From an uncultured Bacillota bacterium (GTDB taxonomy: Bacteria > Bacillota_I > Bacilli_A > RF39 > UBA660): a DNA stretch of 64,000 nucleotides. Each line of letters opens with the position of its first letter. Position 1 is the first letter of the stretch. The stretch is taken from the NCBI GenBank assembly GCA_948466255.1, contig CAOJZV010000004.1, forward strand, positions 5,541-69,540. The letters are read 5' to 3'. The position numbers and the translations under genes were made by a program. Below are positions 10,074 to 18,583 of the stretch, one piece after another. A model generated the notes under the pieces. That model had not been told where the DNA came from. It saw only the letters and a program-made list of their open reading frames with translations, and did no database searches.

Positions 10074-10842
10074 AATTTTGTTATTAATATTGTTAATGTT
10101 AATGTTTTACATTGATAAAAAGAGGGGATTTAAATTATTTTTATCTATATGTTTGAACTTTATAATATTAATGATTATGTTTTATTTTATTGCGATTGGA
10201 ATTAATCCGATTGTTGTATCTTTAATTGGATGTTTTATTATTAGTTATATTATTTTGTATTTTGTTAATGAAAGAAATGTTAAAACAGAATCTTCAATGA
10301 AATCTATAATAATCGTTTTAGTTATTTTGGCTGTTATAATATTTGGAATGACAATTTTTTCTAGAATAGCTGGATTTGGGTATGAATCATTTGAAGAAAT
10401 AAATATGTTTTCTTATGATGTTAATATTGATTTTACGAATATTGCGATTGCGATAATATTAATAGGTTTGATAGGAGCAACCGTTGATTCTTCTATTGCA
10501 ATTTCATCGGCTTTATTTGAGGTTTATGAAAATAATAAAAAATTAAGTAAAAAAGAATTATTTAATTCAGGAATAAATATTGGTAAAGATATATTATGTA
10601 CAACTGCTAATACTTTATTGTTTGCTTTTTTAGGAGAGTTTATGACATTGTTAATATGGTTTGAATCTCTTCATTATTCTTTAGGTGAAATTATTAATGC
10701 GAAAACATTTTGTGCAGAAATGATAAGAATTTTATTTAGTGGGATGGGCTGCGTTTTAGTAATTCCAATAACTGCATATATTACAGTTCAGACAATTTTT
10801 AAATTAAAGAAAAATCCTTATTTAATGCATAAGGAATTATAG
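10066..10842 (+). CDS. YibE/F-family membrane protein (second)
   Basis: IGATVDSSIAISS, SGINIGKDILCTTANTLLFAF; overlaps upstream paralog. Confidence 0.88.
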   Translation: MNKILLLILLMLMFYIDKKRGFKLFLSICLNFIILMIMFYFIAIGINPIVVSLIGCFIISYIILYFVNERNVKTESSMKSIIIVLVILAVIIFGMTIFSRIAGFGYESFEEINMFSYDVNIDFTNIAIAIILIGLIGATVDSSIAISSALFEVYENNKKLSKKELFNSGINIGKDILCTTANTLLFAFLGEFMTLLIWFESLHYSLGEIINAKTFCAEMIRILFSGMGCVLVIPITAYITVQTIFKLKKNPYLMHKEL

Positions 10843-10928
10843 TGAAAAAATATTTTAAATGGTTAATATTTAAAGGTGTTAACCGTTTATTTTATGATAT
10901 ACTATTATTAGATTTGGAGGCATGGGAT

Positions 10929-11528
10929 ATGAGTAAAATATCTAATGTAATATTAATGCTTGATTATTTAAATACAGGTAATAAATATACAGCACATGAA
11001 CTATCACAAAAATTAGGTGTTACTGAACGAATGGTAAAATATTATAAAAAAGAATTAGAAAATGCAGGAATATTTATTGATACATTTATGGGACCTAATG
11101 GTGGATATTTTTTACTTAAAAATAGTAATTTTTATAATCAGTTTAACAAGTATGATTTACAACTGTTAGAAAGTATTTATTCAAAGTTAGAAAACACAAA
11201 TTTTAGAAATCTTGATAAGTTTAATGTTTTAATAGAAAAAATAAAAAAGGTTTATGAAATTGAAGAAGAAAAAAGTAAATATATTGATGAAATAGATGAG
11301 TCTGATAAAGATGAACTTATTTTTTTGATTGAAAAATATATAAGTGACAATTCTAGACTTAAAATAGTTTATGAGGATATTAGCGGAGAAAGAAAAGAAC
11401 GATGGATACATCCATTACATATTTTTAAATATGGTGATAAAGTTTTTGTTACAGCTTTTTGCGAACTTAGAAATGATATAAGACATTTTGAAATAGAAAG
11501 AATAAAATTAATAAAAGAAAAACAATAA
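10929..11528 (+). CDS. HTH + WYL domain transcriptional regulator
   Basis: Likely start ATG 10929, 8 nt after GGAGG; N-terminal HTH (TAHELSQKLGVTERMVKYY...GPNGGYFL); C-terminal WYL (IVYED...ERWIHPL...AFCELRNDIRHFEIERI); no WCX extension. Confidence 0.85.
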   Translation: MSKISNVILMLDYLNTGNKYTAHELSQKLGVTERMVKYYKKELENAGIFIDTFMGPNGGYFLLKNSNFYNQFNKYDLQLLESIYSKLENTNFRNLDKFNVLIEKIKKVYEIEEEKSKYIDEIDESDKDELIFLIEKYISDNSRLKIVYEDISGERKERWIHPLHIFKYGDKVFVTAFCELRNDIRHFEIERIKLIKEKQ

Positions 11529-11579
11529 GTACAAAATATTTCCCTTTTTAGTGTTATAATACAGACAAGGGGGGATATT

Positions 11580-12084
11580 ATGTATAAAGAAAAAAAGATA
11601 TTTTTAGATTTCGATGGTGTTATTTTAGACTCCGAGCAAAGAATTGTTGACCTAAAAGATAAAAATCCAACATTGGACTGGGAAGAATTTTTTGCTAATA
11701 TTGATTGGAAATGTTTGTATGAAACTTCTAGCGAAATAAATGAATCCTTAAAAGTAATAAAAGAATTACAAAGACAAAAGACACAACTATATATTTTGAG
11801 TAAGGTTCATACTCTATTAGAGGGGCAAACTAAGATTGATTTTTTTGAGAAAACATGGAATTGAAATTCCAATTCTTCTAACTCCACCACATATAAAGAA
11901 AAGTATGGTTTATTTACCAAATGATGGTTCTATATTAGTAGATGATAGTTATAAAAATATAGTTGACTGGAATCAAAATGGTGGCCATGGAATTTTATTT
12001 TTAAATGATGATATATTAGAAGATGAAGAAATGGAATTAATGAAAATAACTAAGGTTAAAAGTTTAAAATTTTTATTGAAATAA
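11580..12084 (+). CDS. HAD-superfamily 5'(3')-deoxyribonucleotidase (NT5C)-like protein, split by a +1 frameshift in a T7 run (11840-11846)
   Basis: Motif I FLDFDGVILD and motif II YILS in 11580..11864; motif III/IV (KK...ILVDDSYKNIVDW..GGHGI) in the +1 frame 11836..12084; removing one T joins them as KIDFLRKHG. Confidence 0.75.
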
Positions 12085-12098
12085 AGGTTGTGATATAA

Positions 12099-14432
12099 AT
12101 GACAAAAATTATTGAAGAACAATTAATAAATAATTATAAAACTGCATTAAAACAAAAATATAATGCAGTATGTTTTGATATAGATGGAACTCTAACAGAA
12201 GAAAATTCAAAACATATTGATTATCGAGTAATTAAATTTATTGCTGATTTATTAAGACAAAAAGTTCCTATTGTATTTATTACTGGTAGAGGTGAAACTG
12301 GATTAAATGACATGGTAAATGAAATTGTTCCAGTATTAAAAAATGAATATGGTATTACTGACAAAGAGTTATCAAGAATGTATGCTTTATTAAATGATGG
12401 GGCAAGATTATTTAGAACAACTAAAGATAGTAATAAAATTTTTAATAATAGAGTATATCTATCTTCAGTAGAAACTTTAGATTCTTTAGAAAAGTTTAAT
12501 ACAGAAATCATTTCATATTTTGAGAAAACAAAACTTAGTGAGTATTGTAATATTACTTATTCTTACGATAATACTGATGGTAGGATTGTTAATATGCGTT
12601 TTAATTTAAATAGTGAAAATGAAAAAACAAATAAAAAGATTTATGAAATTATTAATGAATTAGTGTCTAAGGCTTCACCTTCTATTACTATAACTAGAGG
12701 ATTGTATGAAGGAAAAACTAAAATTCAAATAGGGACTACAAAAAAAGATTTAGCTATAGAAACTGCGGAGAGATTGATAGGTGTTCCTAAAAATTCTATG
12801 TTAAGAATTGGTGATTGTGGAGATATAAATGGTAATGATTTTGAAATGTTGGATTGTGCGCAAGGTTTTAGCGTAAGAGAAACTAGCGATAAAAAAGATT
12901 GTTGTTTTCCAATTATTGATGATAATTATAATGTTTTAACGGGTGTAGAAGCAACTATATTATTATTAAAAAAAGCTAAAATTCTTCCTACTATTTGTTT
13001 GGAAAGCGCTAATGAAAAAGAGTATCGAAAAGGGTATGCGTTAGTTGAAAAAATGATTAATATTGGTAGACAACGACAATTAGAAAAATATAATGAAATT
13101 TTTAACGATGTTTTTAGTGAATACGGCGGGGTGGAAAATATATTTGATTCTGCTTCAGGAAGTATTAAAATACCTATGTATGAATGGGAACTAATTGATG
13201 ATGAAAATCCCTTGAAAAATTTTTGGAATATTACTAAAAATGGTAATTTATCTTATTCGTTAAGAGATGATAATAATTTTTTGTTAAGAGGTTCTTCTAC
13301 TTATTATTATTTTTTAGCAAATAGAATTAATACTTATGATGATATAACAGGGAAAGAAAAAGATTTTACTAGCTTAGAAAATGTATTAGACTGGCTGAGT
13401 AACTATAAAAAATTCTTAATAGATGCTATGTGTGCAACTAATCAAATTAATGATTTAAATGATATCTCTAACAAAAAAATGATACTAGGAATTTTAGATA
13501 ATATAAGAAATATTTTACTTATAAATATGAATGAAACTTTATGTAACAATTATGGCGAAAATAGCGTTATATTAAATCTGGAAAAATTACCTGGAGATAA
13601 CGAAATAAAAAAGATGTATGATACATTGGTAAAAGTTCATATTTCTATGATGGAAAGTTGTTTAAATCAAAAATATACTTTTAATATTCATGAGTTAAAT
13701 GAAATTTTTGATCAAACAATTAATTTAATAGAATCTAAAGAAGGTATGCTGTTATCTAATGGTTCTAAAGAAAAAGATTATTCTAAAGATTTTAGAACTT
13801 ATAGAGAAATTGATAATTTTGCCGAAAATTTTATTACTGTTTCATTAGTTAATGATAAAAATGGTGATGAAATATTTGGAATGTGCGGTTTGAGTTATGG
13901 TGGAATAGAATTACCAATTATTTATAAAGCGCTTAACAAAACAGCTACTGATATTCTATTGTTAAAATTTTCAAAAGGAATAAATGGATATGCAACGAAA
14001 CATTCTGTTGAGGTTAGAAACTTTGATGTTTCAGATTATGGCGGTGTTACATTATTTGGATTTAATCCAAATAAAAAATATATTATAGCTGATGATAATT
14101 TATTAACTGCAAAAACAATGCAATTAGCATTTAATACTTTTTATGATTTAGGAATAAAAGCGCAAGGAGCATTAGTAGTAAGATATCCAAGCATTAATAG
14201 AGTAGGACAAATGTTTATGAAAAATCATGGCGCAGTAGATTTTAATTATTTCTTTGATTATATTCAAGGATTATGTTTCCCAAGTCCATATAGTTTTAGA
14301 GATGAACATGATGGCAACGAATATTTAGATTCATTAGGGATTTTTGATGTTAATCGAAGAAAGATAATAGAATGTTTGTATAAAAATCATGATTATAGTG
14401 AGCCAACTGAAGTTTCAAGGTTAAAAAGATGA
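12099..14432 (+). CDS. Fusion protein: N-terminal HAD (type IIB-like) phosphatase, helical middle region, C-terminal phosphoribosyltransferase-like domain
   Basis: CFDIDGTL, FITGRG, K in TTKK, IGDCGDINGNDFEML (HAD motifs I-IV); C-terminal GLSYGGIELP and YIIADDNLLTAKTM (PRPP-binding loop-like). Confidence 0.72.
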   Translation: MTKIIEEQLINNYKTALKQKYNAVCFDIDGTLTEENSKHIDYRVIKFIADLLRQKVPIVFITGRGETGLNDMVNEIVPVLKNEYGITDKELSRMYALLNDGARLFRTTKDSNKIFNNRVYLSSVETLDSLEKFNTEIISYFEKTKLSEYCNITYSYDNTDGRIVNMRFNLNSENEKTNKKIYEIINELVSKASPSITITRGLYEGKTKIQIGTTKKDLAIETAERLIGVPKNSMLRIGDCGDINGNDFEMLDCAQGFSVRETSDKKDCCFPIIDDNYNVLTGVEATILLLKKAKILPTICLESANEKEYRKGYALVEKMINIGRQRQLEKYNEIFNDVFSEYGGVENIFDSASGSIKIPMYEWELIDDENPLKNFWNITKNGNLSYSLRDDNNFLLRGSSTYYYFLANRINTYDDITGKEKDFTSLENVLDWLSNYKKFLIDAMCATNQINDLNDISNKKMILGILDNIRNILLINMNETLCNNYGENSVILNLEKLPGDNEIKKMYDTLVKVHISMMESCLNQKYTFNIHELNEIFDQTINLIESKEGMLLSNGSKEKDYSKDFRTYREIDNFAENFITVSLVNDKNGDEIFGMCGLSYGGIELPIIYKALNKTATDILLLKFSKGINGYATKHSVEVRNFDVSDYGGVTLFGFNPNKKYIIADDNLLTAKTMQLAFNTFYDLGIKAQGALVVRYPSINRVGQMFMKNHGAVDFNYFFDYIQGLCFPSPYSFRDEHDGNEYLDSLGIFDVNRRKIIECLYKNHDYSEPTEVSRLKR

Positions 14433-14450
14433 CAGTGAGGAGTTAATTAT

Positions 14451-16394
14451 ATGAAGGTAATAAGTATTGGAGATTTAGTGTTGGACTATGTTTATAAGGA
14501 TAGTAAGTTATTAGGTGTAAATGGTGGAATGTCTTCACATAATATAATTGCTAATTTGGCCAGCATGGGTATAAATACTTCTGTTATTGGTGTGTGCGGC
14601 GATGACAGTGCTGGTGAAATTTCTATAAAGAGTTTAAATGATTTAAAGGTTGATACTACTAATATCCATAAACTAGATAATATAAATACTAGATGTTTTC
14701 ATATTAACATGACAGCAAATGGATTTACTTCTAAAAAACGATGCCCTATTTGTAATAAAAAACATTGGTATGATGAAAGTAAAATTGTTATTAATGATGT
14801 ATTAAAAAATATATCAAAAGAAGATATATTAGTATTAGATAATTTAAATAATATTAATAGTGAAATAATTAAAATGATAGAAAATAAAGTTATGCTTGAC
14901 TTAGGTCAATATTATGATTTGGAAAAATATTCTAAAAATGATATAAAAGACATTTTTAAAAGGCAATTTGAAATAGTTAATTTAAATGAAAGAGTAGAAA
15001 AGTATATATTAAAATTATTTGATATCGAAAATATTTCTAAAATAATTAATTCTAAATTAATTGTAATAACAAGAGGGAATAAAGGTGCAGATTTTATTAT
15101 TAACAACAAAAAAATACATAAAAAATTAAATGAAGTATCTAAAGAAGTTGACCCTAATGGGGCCGGTGATGCTTTCTTTTCAGTATTTATTTATGAATAT
15201 TTACAAAATAATCAAATACTTAATGAAGATTATATTGATAATGCATTTAATAATGCTACGAAATTAACACAAAATGTAGTAAAACAAATTGGCGCTAGAG
15301 GACATTTACATAAATTATATAAAGTAAAACAAGATGATAATCTTTGTACATGTGAAAATTTTATTTTACATGAAAGAAAACTTCCTAAAAGATATACTAT
15401 CAATGTTAATAATTTAGAAACTAGAATATTAAATGCTGTAAATAGCGATGCAAAAAACAAATTAAGTAAAATCTCATTTGAAAAATTAAATAATTGTATA
15501 TTTATAGGTACTGGTGGATCATTTGCGGCTGCAAATTTTGCTTCTAAAGTAGTAAACGATTTATATGGTGTGAATACTTTTGCTGATTTACCTAGAAACA
15601 TTAAATATAAAAATAATTCTAAGGTAGATAAGTGTTTTATGTTTTCATATTCGGGAACTACTAATGATTTATTAGTAGGTACAGAAAATATTGATAATAG
15701 TAAAAAAATAGTGATTACGAAAGGTGAAATATCTAAAGTATGTAAAAAAACAAATATTGATAAAGATAATATTATCTCATATCGTACACCTTCAAATAAG
15801 GGGAAAGAAAGAGGCTTTATATCATTTGAAGGTGTTATGGCACCAGCTAGTTTATTTTTAAATTTATATTTTGAAAAATTAAAACGAAACGATATAAATG
15901 AATTTATTATAGATTCTATATCTTATTGGAAATATTATTTTGATAGTTTATTCAAAGAAGATAAGAGGAATTTAAAAAGTATTTTTAGAAGAGGAAATAT
16001 AATAAATATATTCCATGGAGATTTTACTTCTTCTGCGGCTATAGACTTAGAAAGCACATTTATAGAATCTGGGGTGTTTAATGTATTACTTCATGAAAAG
16101 AAAAATTTTTCTCATGGAAGATTTATAAATTATGAACATTTAAGTGGTAAAATGAATATTTACTTAAAAACAAAAAATGTATCATTATATGAAGAAAAGT
16201 TATTAAAATATTTATCTCAAGATAAAAATATTATTATTGAAAGTAGATATGATGGATTACTTGCAGAATATGATTTATTAATTGCAGTACAGTATTTTAT
16301 TTATCATATTTCAAAATTATTAAATATAGATATATCAAAACCTAATTATAGTGAAGATGCTATGAAAATCTATTTTTATAAAGGTGATTTATAA
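14451..16394 (+). CDS. Fusion protein: PfkB/ribokinase-family kinase plus tandem SIS (GlmS/FrlB-like) domains
   Basis: ISIGDLVLD, NGG..HNIIANLASMG, GVCGDD..G, ITRGNKGA, VDPNGAGDAF (PfkB); FIGTGGSFAAA, FSYSGTT, NFSHGR (SIS). Confidence 0.8.
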   Translation: MKVISIGDLVLDYVYKDSKLLGVNGGMSSHNIIANLASMGINTSVIGVCGDDSAGEISIKSLNDLKVDTTNIHKLDNINTRCFHINMTANGFTSKKRCPICNKKHWYDESKIVINDVLKNISKEDILVLDNLNNINSEIIKMIENKVMLDLGQYYDLEKYSKNDIKDIFKRQFEIVNLNERVEKYILKLFDIENISKIINSKLIVITRGNKGADFIINNKKIHKKLNEVSKEVDPNGAGDAFFSVFIYEYLQNNQILNEDYIDNAFNNATKLTQNVVKQIGARGHLHKLYKVKQDDNLCTCENFILHERKLPKRYTINVNNLETRILNAVNSDAKNKLSKISFEKLNNCIFIGTGGSFAAANFASKVVNDLYGVNTFADLPRNIKYKNNSKVDKCFMFSYSGTTNDLLVGTENIDNSKKIVITKGEISKVCKKTNIDKDNIISYRTPSNKGKERGFISFEGVMAPASLFLNLYFEKLKRNDINEFIIDSISYWKYYFDSLFKEDKRNLKSIFRRGNIINIFHGDFTSSAAIDLESTFIESGVFNVLLHEKKNFSHGRFINYEHLSGKMNIYLKTKNVSLYEEKLLKYLSQDKNIIIESRYDGLLAEYDLLIAVQYFIYHISKLLNIDISKPNYSEDAMKIYFYKGDL

Positions 16395-16428
16395 AAATAG
16401 ATATATTGTTGTATTTTTATATTTAAAT

Positions 16429-16469
16429 AAAAAACAAGCCCGATTAAATAATTATCTTGCTTGTTTTTT
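16429..16469 (+). terminator. Probable terminator closing the WYL-associated operon
   Basis: AAAAAACAAGC...GCTTGTTTTTT inverted repeat. Confidence 0.6.
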
Positions 16470-16540
16470 ACTTGAAATAATTGAGTGAAAGTGGTATAGT
16501 AACGCTTGTAGTTTGCTGTAATTTTGAAAGGAAAATAATT

Positions 16541-18535
16541 ATGAACAATTTACAAATATTAAAAACGGTTAAACAAGGAATAGTCGATAGAGAAGGCAGC
16601 TTAGAATTAACTGGATATCCACATATAGATAAACCTTGGCTTAAATATTATGATGAAGATTTTTTACAAAGACCATTACCACAAGCAAGCATATATGATT
16701 ATATGAAAGAAAGCTCTGAGCCATATCAGGAATATCCTGCAATAAGTTATTATGGTAATGAAATAACTTATGGACAGCTTTATGATAACATTGATAGTGC
16801 ATCTAAAGTACTTACATCTTTAGGCGCTAGCGAAAATGATAGAATCTTGTATTTAATGCCAAATATTCCAGAAACTGCTTATTTATTTTATGGTGGTTCT
16901 AGAATAGGCGCAGTATCTGATTATGTTGATCCGAGACCAGATAGTTTAGATCTAAAGGTAAGTGCGAATAATATTTTAGAAATTTTCAAAACTGAAAAAG
17001 TAAAATATATTGTCGCATTAGATCAATGCTATTTAGGATTATTAAAACCAATTGAAAACGAACTTAAAGAATTAGGATTAGAAAACATAGTAATTGTTTC
17101 AGCGCAAGATTCTATGACGATTTCATCAAAATTAAAATATGCAAGTGAAAATATTAAATTTAATGGAATGGCAAATTTTATTCAAAAAAATAAACACATG
17201 AAACTTATACAAAAGGGTGTGAAAGAAGCAATACTAACTTCACCGATAGAAATACTAAATTATTCGGATTTACTATCAGATAATATTTATACAACTATTA
17301 ATCAAACAACTATTAATCCAGATGATTTAGTAGTAATAACTCATACATCTGGGACTAGCGGAAGACCAAAACCAATTCCATTAACTCACAATAACTTAAA
17401 CGCATTTGTACATCAAACATATGGTGCTAAAATGCCGTTTAAACCAGGTGATAGAGTTCTTCATATACTTCCTTATTTTGCTGCTTTTGGATTATCAAAC
17501 GTGCTTCATACTGGATTATGCAGAGCCACTAATTTAATAGAAATACCAGAATTAGAATTAAATCATTTTGGAAAACTTGTAGTATCAAACAAAGCCAATA
17601 TTGTACTTGGACCAGGTAGTTGGTATTTATCGTTTTTAAAAGACCAATTTTTACAAAATAAAGATTTATCGTTTATAAAATATATAACTTATGGCGGGGA
17701 TTTAATGGCTTCAAAAGATGAAGAAGAAATAAATAATTTTTTAAGTGAACACGGTGCGAAATGTGTACTTTCAAAAGGTCATGGAATGAGTGAAGTCTCT
17801 GGTTGTTCATCAAATGCAACAGCCGATTTTAATGATTTAGGAACAATGGGAATTCCACTACCTCATACTACATATGGAGTAGTAGATCCTAAAACTAAAG
17901 AAACATTAAAATTTGAAGAAGATAAGGATTATATTGAAGGGGAATTAATAATTTCTTCAGAATGTATGACCAAAGGAATATTAGATGGTAAAACAATTGT
18001 AGAACATAAAGTATATGATGGTAGAGAGTTTATTTTAACTGGCGATATAGCTAGAATGAATAAAGATGGAAAACTAAGATTTATATCAAGATTAGGGAGA
18101 AATTTTGTTAGATTTGATGGTTGTAATATAAAACCAACTAAAATAGAAGAAGTTATTGAAGCATGTCCAGCAGTTAGATATTGTATTGTTTCTCCGTATT
18201 ATGATGAAGAAAAATTTGGTAATTTAATTAAAGTTAATATAATACTAGAAGATGGTGTCATTCTAGATGAAAATGAAAAAATAACCTTTGTAGAAGAACT
18301 TCTAGAAAAATATTTTAAAACTTCTTCATTACCTTCAAGATATATTCCAAGTAAAGTATCATTTATTGATGAATTACCATTAACAAAAAACGGTAAAATT
18401 GATTATAAATCATTATCAAATCAAGAATTAACTGGTGATGAAATTAATATAAAAATAGATGAAACAAATATTGAGATAGGTAATATTGAAGTAACTGGTC
18501 CTATCAAAGTAAAAACTTTAAAAGGAATAAAATAA
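16541..18535 (+). CDS. AMP-binding adenylate-forming enzyme (acyl-CoA synthetase-like)
   Basis: VITHTSGTSGRPKP P-loop, GHGMSE, TGDIARM, LPLTKNGKIDY; own promoter TTGAAA-17-TATAGT (16472-16500); likely ATG 16541. Confidence 0.88.
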   Translation: MNNLQILKTVKQGIVDREGSLELTGYPHIDKPWLKYYDEDFLQRPLPQASIYDYMKESSEPYQEYPAISYYGNEITYGQLYDNIDSASKVLTSLGASENDRILYLMPNIPETAYLFYGGSRIGAVSDYVDPRPDSLDLKVSANNILEIFKTEKVKYIVALDQCYLGLLKPIENELKELGLENIVIVSAQDSMTISSKLKYASENIKFNGMANFIQKNKHMKLIQKGVKEAILTSPIEILNYSDLLSDNIYTTINQTTINPDDLVVITHTSGTSGRPKPIPLTHNNLNAFVHQTYGAKMPFKPGDRVLHILPYFAAFGLSNVLHTGLCRATNLIEIPELELNHFGKLVVSNKANIVLGPGSWYLSFLKDQFLQNKDLSFIKYITYGGDLMASKDEEEINNFLSEHGAKCVLSKGHGMSEVSGCSSNATADFNDLGTMGIPLPHTTYGVVDPKTKETLKFEEDKDYIEGELIISSECMTKGILDGKTIVEHKVYDGREFILTGDIARMNKDGKLRFISRLGRNFVRFDGCNIKPTKIEEVIEACPAVRYCIVSPYYDEEKFGNLIKVNIILEDGVILDENEKITFVEELLEKYFKTSSLPSRYIPSKVSFIDELPLTKNGKIDYKSLSNQELTGDEINIKIDETNIEIGNIEVTGPIKVKTLKGIK

Positions 18536-18583
18536 ATATATTAAATTTGTGCTATAATCATTATAGCAGGAAGGGGCACAAAT

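Noticed and set aside
10857-10890. Inverted repeat GGTTAATA-N8-TGTTAACC as a WYL autoregulatory operator
   Set aside because: Both mismatches are G-U compatible and a T-rich tract follows, so it fits better as the yibE/F terminator; an operator role is not excluded but is unsupported.
10842-10928. N-terminal extension of the WYL ORF from GTG 10842
   Set aside because: Runs through the terminator and promoter; the SD-supported start is ATG 10929.
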